Position numbers and translations under genes: made by a program. The notes beneath the pieces were generated by a model, which saw nothing but the letters and a program-made list of their open reading frames with translations, did no database searches and was not told the origin of the DNA. Below are positions 57,945 through 64,000 of a stretch of 64,000 nucleotides of DNA, one piece after another. The stretch is taken from NCBI GenBank assembly GCA_963796105.1, contig CAWCKJ010000001.1:1-64000 (forward strand), in the 5' to 3' direction. Position 1 is the stretch's first letter, and every line of letters starts with the position of its first letter. This DNA comes from a candidate division FCPU426 bacterium (GTDB taxonomy: Bacteria; Oederibacteriota; Muellerivitia; Muellerivitales; Muellerivitaceae).

Positions 57945-59024
57945 ATGAATAAAACCTGGCTTCTTGTTACAACGCTTTTTCTGTCGGAAATTCTAGGGAT
58001 CTGTTTTATAGGCTGCCAATCCAATCGCGGTCCCTCCGTTCCTTACGATATTGGCTTTACTCCTACTCCTGATCGAATTCATGGCGCCGTAAGCGCGTTC
58101 GTGGAGGATAAGGGAATCGGTGTTCCCAATGTGTTGGTGAAGGCGATACCGCCTTCCGGGGTGACGGTCTATAGCCAGGCAACCACGGCCAGCGGGATCG
58201 CAACTTTTAACCCTACATGGCTTGATATAGGGAATTGGACTTTCGTGGTTCCGGCCCAAACGCCTTTTCCATTCGCTCCCAGCACAATCACTATGCCGGT
58301 CTCGGTCGCCAATCAGACGGCCGACTTCAATTCCGCGGGAGCGACGATTTATTTAACCCCGACCGTGCCGGAAGCCTTCACTTCCACGAATCCTGGAAAT
58401 CCCTTCACCTATAGCCTCGTTTATAGCCAACCCGGAAACTTGTTTATTCCCGGAAAGATCGCTTTCTCGGCATTCCCGAATAATTGGAGCGGAACTTACG
58501 GACCCGCGACGATTGGATATGGAAGCGCCGATACGGCCACCGTCACGATTACAGGTCTTACTTGCGTGGACCTGCCACCCAGTTTTTCGGTGACAGCCCT
58601 CGACCTGGAACCCACGCCATATCCAAGGGCTTACAGTTCACCCCAGACCATCACCAAGGGGTTCACTTCCTCAGTCACTGTGACCGTCACCAATAACCTT
58701 ATAGGAATCGGTACTTGCGGGAGCAATAACGCCTTTCAATTCGACGGGGGGTTGAAAATCACCGCCACGAATTCCTGCACCCCGGTCACCGTTTGGTTCA
58801 CCAGCGGCAATTGCTGCAATACCAACGTCTCCATGAATGGCCAGTCGGTCAACACGGAGGATTGCGGGGGACCAAAATTTACCTTGGGACCGGGCAATTA
58901 CGGATTCACCATCAATACCACCCAATATTCCCCGGACTTGTACTACTCCTACCTGGGAAAAACGGGTTATGTCGCGGTTCCCATCAACGGATCAACCACC
59001 ACTGTCTTTACCGACTCCTATTGA
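57945..59024 (+). CDS. lipoprotein with conserved N-region and variable Cys-rich tip, paralog 3
   Basis: FIGC lipobox-like; GNWTFVVPAQTPFPFAPSTITMPVSVAN shared with paralog 1; same CGCTTATGGAGGGT leader. Confidence 0.8.
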   Translation: MNKTWLLVTTLFLSEILGICFIGCQSNRGPSVPYDIGFTPTPDRIHGAVSAFVEDKGIGVPNVLVKAIPPSGVTVYSQATTASGIATFNPTWLDIGNWTFVVPAQTPFPFAPSTITMPVSVANQTADFNSAGATIYLTPTVPEAFTSTNPGNPFTYSLVYSQPGNLFIPGKIAFSAFPNNWSGTYGPATIGYGSADTATVTITGLTCVDLPPSFSVTALDLEPTPYPRAYSSPQTITKGFTSSVTVTVTNNLIGIGTCGSNNAFQFDGGLKITATNSCTPVTVWFTSGNCCNTNVSMNGQSVNTEDCGGPKFTLGPGNYGFTINTTQYSPDLYYSYLGKTGYVAVPINGSTTTVFTDSY

Positions 59025-59035
59025 AAGGGAACTAT

Positions 59036-59791
59036 ATGAAAACCATTTCGATTCTGGCGATTGCTTTTTTATTAGCCGGTTGTGAAAAAGGGCCTTCCGG
59101 CCCAACCGGGTCCCAAGGCCCAGCCGGACCGACCATTCCGACTTATTCAACGGTATTTGAAAATGGGATTTATCCCGATTCGGGATATGGCGGGTCGGAC
59201 ACCCATTGGATCGATGGAAGCTTCCCCAATATCGCCCCTGGTACAGGGGAAATCTTGGTGGCCACAGGATCAAACACAGCAAACGTGGCATTGGGTTTGT
59301 TGAGGTTCGACCTGTCCTACGGCATACCCTCCAACGCCACCATCACAGCCGCGAGCCTCCAATTGGCCACGGAAACCACCACGAACCTTTCCACGGGCAC
59401 TTACGTTTTCGGCATCCACCAAGTCATACCACCCCCAGCCGGCCAAGTACCTTGGAACGACTCAAGTACCTGGAACGTGCTTGTATCCCCATATGGATGG
59501 GATGGGGGAGCCAGTTCACCCATTACGGCAGGGGTGGATTACAACTCATCTTTCATGGACGCGGTGACTGTTACCGCCTCCCAGATGAACGCGACCCAAG
59601 TTCTCCTTGCCTGGAACATCACGCCATCCCTTGCCCAGGTTTGGGTGAACAAGGCCAACAACAATTACGGGGTTTTAATCTCGCCGGAGCCGGAAACAAG
59701 CGCGTCGCTTTCTGGCTTCATATCGTTTTGGGACAACACGGGGAACAGCCAGCAAAAACCGAAGATGTTGGTCTCTTACACCATACCGTGA
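59036..59791 (+). CDS. collagen-repeat/DNRLRE-like lipoprotein, copy 2
   Basis: LAGC lipobox, GPSGPTGSQGPAGP; colinear with 36906..37661. Confidence 0.75.
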   Translation: MKTISILAIAFLLAGCEKGPSGPTGSQGPAGPTIPTYSTVFENGIYPDSGYGGSDTHWIDGSFPNIAPGTGEILVATGSNTANVALGLLRFDLSYGIPSNATITAASLQLATETTTNLSTGTYVFGIHQVIPPPAGQVPWNDSSTWNVLVSPYGWDGGASSPITAGVDYNSSFMDAVTVTASQMNATQVLLAWNITPSLAQVWVNKANNNYGVLISPEPETSASLSGFISFWDNTGNSQQKPKMLVSYTIP

Positions 59792-59800
59792 GGGGGTTAT

Positions 59801-61105
59801 ATGTACCGATTTTCATTGATAAAAAATTACAAGGTAATCGGCACTATACCGACCTCATTTAAAGATTTATGGAAGGTCGGTATGAAAATGAAAATGGCAT
59901 TTTGTATTTTCTGTCTGCTGATTTTTATAAACGTTTCTTCCGTATATGCAAAACCCAAGGGGAAGAAAACACCAACTCCCACCCCTAGTCCCACTGCGAC
60001 ACCCAAGCCAAACTGGGTTCCGCCGCCTTACGTGGACAACGAATCCAAGGCACTCAACGCGAACGTCGTAGCCCATTATGGCAGTGACGCGTCCGGGAAC
60101 CTTGGGTTTTCCTTGCTCGACCTTTCAGCTGTCCGAAAACTTGACGAGAACGACGTTTCGGCTCAAGGAACAGTCAGGGTTACCAAATTCTTTTCCTCGT
60201 CCGACGACGGGGTAGGCCTTCAATTAAGGGAGGCAAATTTCTCCCTGTCGGAACCTTGGATGGAGGCGCGGATCGGGCGGATGGATTTATCGGATATTGT
60301 CAGTACCACCCACTTTTTCGGGCGTTATCCCTTGATGGGTTTGAGAAGGCTGGACGGGATAAAGCTTTATATTCCCTTTAAGTTCTTTTTCGGGGTGGAA
60401 GATTACAAGAGCGTTTCCAGCCCTCCGACTTCGTTGAGCTTCTTTTATTTCCCGACGCTCCTTTCCGCCCAGGACGCCGTTATTGACGGCTCCCAGGGAT
60501 ATTTCATGGGCCAGCTCCGGATGAAACTCAATTTCGGGGATTTGAGGACGGTTCTTCTTTTCAACCTGGGGGCCAGCGCGGCGGATGATTTCCAATATTC
60601 CTCCATGAGCGGGAACCCGGCCTATTCCATTTGCGGCGAGGCTAATTTCGCCAGGGACTACACCCTTTACTTCGAGTACGGGGTGCAGGATTCCGCCCAC
60701 TCAGGCGATACGAACGCTTTCGCCTTTGGGGCCAGGGGAGAGCACCTTTTCACCTGGCATTTCCTATCCCTGGACCGGATCATCCTGGAGGCCCAAATCC
60801 CGATTGCCAACAATCCCGATAATCCCTTCACCGGGGGAAATGGGATCGACCCTCCATCCGCGCAGCTTCCCCAAAGGGCCTTGTATGGACAGGCGCGGAT
60901 ACGAATCCGTTCCATTTTCATCGATTTCAATGTCACCGATTCCATGGGCGATTTCACCTTTGCCCGGTTGAACCCCTACAACATCAATACGCCTTTGCCC
61001 ATGCCGGTCGGGGGCGGGAACGAGACTAACGGGCTTGAAATTCCTCTTCTTTCACCCGGTTACAACACCTATGCCTTCAGCATTGATACAGGGGTTCAGT
61101 TTTGA
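59801..61105 (+). CDS. putative outer-membrane beta-barrel protein, copy 2
   Basis: Colinear with 37671..38888; ends FSIDTGVQF; start may be 59882/59888. Confidence 0.62.
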   Translation: MYRFSLIKNYKVIGTIPTSFKDLWKVGMKMKMAFCIFCLLIFINVSSVYAKPKGKKTPTPTPSPTATPKPNWVPPPYVDNESKALNANVVAHYGSDASGNLGFSLLDLSAVRKLDENDVSAQGTVRVTKFFSSSDDGVGLQLREANFSLSEPWMEARIGRMDLSDIVSTTHFFGRYPLMGLRRLDGIKLYIPFKFFFGVEDYKSVSSPPTSLSFFYFPTLLSAQDAVIDGSQGYFMGQLRMKLNFGDLRTVLLFNLGASAADDFQYSSMSGNPAYSICGEANFARDYTLYFEYGVQDSAHSGDTNAFAFGARGEHLFTWHFLSLDRIILEAQIPIANNPDNPFTGGNGIDPPSAQLPQRALYGQARIRIRSIFIDFNVTDSMGDFTFARLNPYNINTPLPMPVGGGNETNGLEIPLLSPGYNTYAFSIDTGVQF

Positions 61106-61611
61106 GGTACTTCGTACCATTTATGTTTTTTTTAATCATTACCCCCGCAATAGCAGAGGAAAACCCATTTATTGCTGTCCGGGAAAGGGATCAATGGGCC
61201 ATTGAACAGGTAATGGAACATAAGGCTCCGGATGATTCTTGGGCTGGGAATCCAAGCGGGGAAACTTCAGGCACCCACCGGGCAAAGAGGGCCATGCCGA
61301 AGGCACTTCCAACCGGAATCCCTTTCCAGACCCAAACCTACAACTTCCAAACCGAAACCGACGTGGCCAAGGTCAGCGCATTGGTTACGAATTTCGGCCC
61401 CAATTTCATTATCGATATTTCAAGCGACCAAACCATCCAGGGATGGCTTTTGAAACGCCAATCCAACAGGGAAGTGTTTTTGAAAGGGGGAACGCCCACG
61501 GATAACCCCTACAAATGCCGGATCAGGGTGGACCGGCCCTATATCAAGGATTTCGGGTTGACCGTTTATGTCACCCAGGACAGCGACCCGGCATTCGTTC
61601 AACTCTATTAA
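61102..61611 (+). CDS. exported protein, copy 2
   Basis: DNPYKCRIRVDRPYIKDFGLTVYVTQDSDPAF identical to 38885..39394. Confidence 0.78.
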   Translation: MRYFVPFMFFLIITPAIAEENPFIAVRERDQWAIEQVMEHKAPDDSWAGNPSGETSGTHRAKRAMPKALPTGIPFQTQTYNFQTETDVAKVSALVTNFGPNFIIDISSDQTIQGWLLKRQSNREVFLKGGTPTDNPYKCRIRVDRPYIKDFGLTVYVTQDSDPAFVQLY

Positions 61612-61624
61612 TCAAAGGTGAACT

Positions 61625-62068
61625 TTGGAACAGAACATTTCTGAAAATTTCAGGGTACTGCATCCATCCTTTTTTCAATACCTTTCCGTTTTCATTGTTC
61701 CCGTGGCCTTGTTCCTTTTGGTTCCCCAGGGAGTGAGGCTTGTCTATGTCCTCAGGGGATTTTGGATTCTTGAAGTTTTCCTATTCCTTTGCGTTTGGTT
61801 ATTCCTAGCTACTACCAAGTTCATCATAAAACCTGATTGGTTTGAAATCCGCACCGGAATCTTGGTGAGACGCTCCAGATCCATTCCTTACGACAAGATC
61901 ATCAACATCACTTGCAAACAAAACCTTGTCCAAAAGCTTTTCAATATTGGTGACCTTTTTATTGAAATCCCCGGTGTGGAACCATTTGGAGTCGCCTTAT
62001 CAGGTGTTGAAAGACATGAGGAACTAGCGGAACTGTTTTTCACCCTCAAGAAAAAGGGTGAGATATGA
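61625..62068 (+). CDS. bPH_2-domain membrane protein, copy 2
   Basis: Colinear with 39404..39853. Confidence 0.8.
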   Translation: MEQNISENFRVLHPSFFQYLSVFIVPVALFLLVPQGVRLVYVLRGFWILEVFLFLCVWLFLATTKFIIKPDWFEIRTGILVRRSRSIPYDKIINITCKQNLVQKLFNIGDLFIEIPGVEPFGVALSGVERHEELAELFFTLKKKGEI

Positions 62069-62925
62069 AAGGGATTTTCTTTTCTTTGCTTATTTTGTCC
62101 CTGGTCCACCTTCCGGTTATCGCTAGTCCCGTTCCCGATGACCCCAAAATAGAGGAGGCCTTGAAGGCAAACGTTGTAGATTTTAGGGACTGGCTCATGA
62201 AACAACTTTCCCAGTTTCCCAAGGCCGATCCAGCAAAGGCGGTTGTGAGGAGTTATGCCGCTGTCCCCAGGAAACTCCACATCTTTACGGCCAACCAGTA
62301 CAACCAGGCGAGTCATTCCAATTGGGTGAAGTGCCAGGTCATGCAGGGCCTTTCCCTCTTGAGCCAGCAATTAGCCAATACGGCGGGGACTGCTTTCGCG
62401 CCCCAGAGCGCCAACCAACTCCAGCAATACGCGGTCCAGTTACAGCAAAGCGATGACCCGCAGTTCCAGCAGGCGGGAAGTCTTTACACCCAAGAAGCCC
62501 AGGCCTTGCAGTCGGGGAACATCCAGGGAGCCGACCAGGCGGCCAACCAGGTCGCGGCCCTGCCCCAACCATATGTCGCCCCCGGCTATCAGCCCACCCA
62601 AAGTGAAAGCCAATTGGCCCAAGTCTTCAACCAGGTTGTCGGGACGGTCATCGCCAGCTTGGGTGGAATCCTAGGAACCTTGGTTGTTTCCCAGCTTTTG
62701 CAGGCCCTTGGGATACCGAATTTAAGTTCCCTCTTGGGGACGGGACAGCAATTGGGGACATCCCTTGGGTCGGGACAGAGTTCTGGAACAGCCCTAAATA
62801 CAGCAGGAACCAACACGAATCAAACCGGGGGAAGCGTCGCCCTCCAACAATTGGGGGGCGTCAACGTCAAGCAACTGCAATCCCAGGGGTCGGCTAACGC
62901 TGGCGGGGCACCGTCAGCCCAATAA
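62065..62925 (+). CDS. exported Gln-rich protein, copy 2
   Basis: Colinear with 39850..40716. Confidence 0.7.
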   Translation: MKGIFFSLLILSLVHLPVIASPVPDDPKIEEALKANVVDFRDWLMKQLSQFPKADPAKAVVRSYAAVPRKLHIFTANQYNQASHSNWVKCQVMQGLSLLSQQLANTAGTAFAPQSANQLQQYAVQLQQSDDPQFQQAGSLYTQEAQALQSGNIQGADQAANQVAALPQPYVAPGYQPTQSESQLAQVFNQVVGTVIASLGGILGTLVVSQLLQALGIPNLSSLLGTGQQLGTSLGSGQSSGTALNTAGTNTNQTGGSVALQQLGGVNVKQLQSQGSANAGGAPSAQ

Positions 62926-62941
62926 ATTGAAGGAGTAGAAC

Positions 62942-63304
62942 ATGAGGATAAGAAGCAAGTTGGTTTGGATAAAGACGGTCTGGATTACGGCTTTAGTTTT
63001 CATGTGCGCGGATAACGTTCGTTCCCAGGCATTGGCGAGTATGCCGGAATTGTCCCCCCTCAAGATGATCATCCTGTTTCTCCTGGACGCCTATGGCCTT
63101 TGGAAGATTTTGATGTGCGTCAAGAACGTCCTGGACCATCTGGCCGAATCCAGCAAGGGGGACACGACAGCTAAGGACCGGGTTTGGGGAAGTGTTCTTG
63201 CCATCGTGGGAATTCTCATGGCGGGAGTTGTTTTGAACGTTGTCATCCTCAAGGCGGGCGAATTCGGGGCGAAACCTGTCAGTTCCGTCCTGTCGGGGAG
63301 TTGA
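62942..63304 (+). CDS. VirB2-like pilin candidate, copy 2
   Basis: Mature part nearly identical to 40740..41102; signal peptide diverged. Confidence 0.58.
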   Translation: MRIRSKLVWIKTVWITALVFMCADNVRSQALASMPELSPLKMIILFLLDAYGLWKILMCVKNVLDHLAESSKGDTTAKDRVWGSVLAIVGILMAGVVLNVVILKAGEFGAKPVSSVLSGS

Positions 63305-64000
63305 ATGGTCAAGCGGCTCCTACCCCTCATCTTCATATGCCTTTTGGGAGCCACAAGGGCTGAAGCTATTTCGCTCCTATCCACCGACAGCGGCCCATCC
63401 TCACAGACCATCGAGCAAGGGGTGTCGGGAGGGATTTTTGATGCCATGGCCAAACACGCGGGGGATTGGGTCGCACAGGGGATGGATAAAATCGGGGATT
63501 GGGCCTTACAAACCCTCTTCAAGATTTATGACAAATACATTGGCACCTTCCTGATCTATATCCCGAATTTAGCCTCACCCAATACCTACAACGCATTGAC
63601 CAACAATATGGGGGCCAACGCCGTCCAAGTGGTATTGAATCTCCTGAAGATCAGCAGTGGTACGGGGCTTTTCATCCTCATTGTGGGATTCGTGATCGAT
63701 ACGGGACAGAGGTCATCCGGCCTTTGGAACAGGTTTGTGGACCCAAGCCTTGTCATCGGATTCGTGGCGGCGTTTCTGTGTCTTTTCGCCTGGCCGACGA
63801 TTTTTTCTTATTTAACGACCGGCGTGACGGCTATGGGTTACTACATCTACAACCAGAACACCTTGAGGACTTCGGGGGTATTGGAAGGTTTTCAGAATAT
63901 CGACTTGAACGCGGATGGTGGGGCCAGCACTTTCCAATTGTCCCAGTACGACTTTCGGGGAAATTTCATCACGGTCCAAGGGGTCATTTGGAACCTGATT
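63305..64000 (+). CDS. VirB6-like membrane protein, copy 2 (runs off the window)
   Basis: MVKRLLPL...STDSGPS...GIFDAMAKHAGDWV colinear with 41110 onward; open to window end. Confidence 0.68.
   Translation, partial: MVKRLLPLIFICLLGATRAEAISLLSTDSGPSSQTIEQGVSGGIFDAMAKHAGDWVAQGMDKIGDWALQTLFKIYDKYIGTFLIYIPNLASPNTYNALTNNMGANAVQVVLNLLKISSGTGLFILIVGFVIDTGQRSSGLWNRFVDPSLVIGFVAAFLCLFAWPTIFSYLTTGVTAMGYYIYNQNTLRTSGVLEGFQNIDLNADGGASTFQLSQYDFRGNFITVQGVIWNLI

Noticed and set aside
58793..59035. 81-codon extension of the copy-2 collagen lipoprotein
   Set aside because: It overlaps the upstream gene; the signal peptide and the copy-1 paralog define the start at 59036.
1..64000. CRISPR array, rRNA or intact tRNA genes
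   Set aside because: No regularly spaced repeats or recognisable structural RNA genes were seen by eye; a covariance-model scan was not possible.

Overview
Accessory, mobile-element-rich bacterial DNA with almost all real genes on the + strand; no rRNA, intact tRNA or CRISPR array was seen. (1) 1-5.2 kb: a complete RIT element (three tandem tyrosine recombinases, 84-bp inverted repeats) inserted into ardC, followed by radC. (2) 5.5-30.1 kb: a Wzx/Wzy-type surface-polysaccharide locus (WecA-like initiator, acyltransferase, flippase, many glycosyltransferases, fcl, two DUF218 genes) hit by two IS30 copies and one IS256. (3) 30.2-34.6 kb: a RelE-type TA pair, XRE regulators and a HATPase/STAS-like pair. 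(4) 34.7-50.0 kb: one tightly packed operon running from variable-tip lipoproteins, a collagen-repeat lipoprotein and a beta-barrel through a stripped-down VirB2/B6/B3/B4/B8-like module to a TPR-GGDEF protein, SpoVG-like protein, excisionase and integrase, ending against a decapitated type ISP restriction-modification gene. (5) 50.1-57.2 kb: defence-like cargo (PIN, PD-(D/E)XK nuclease, NYN) and an IS5. (6) 57.5-64 kb: a second, diverged copy of the lipoprotein/VirB-like operon that runs off the window. The best candidate for an undescribed system is this duplicated minimal VirB4-based apparatus, which shows no recognisable VirB9/VirB10/VirB11, relaxase or coupling protein. All protein assignments come from motif recognition by eye; no searches were run.
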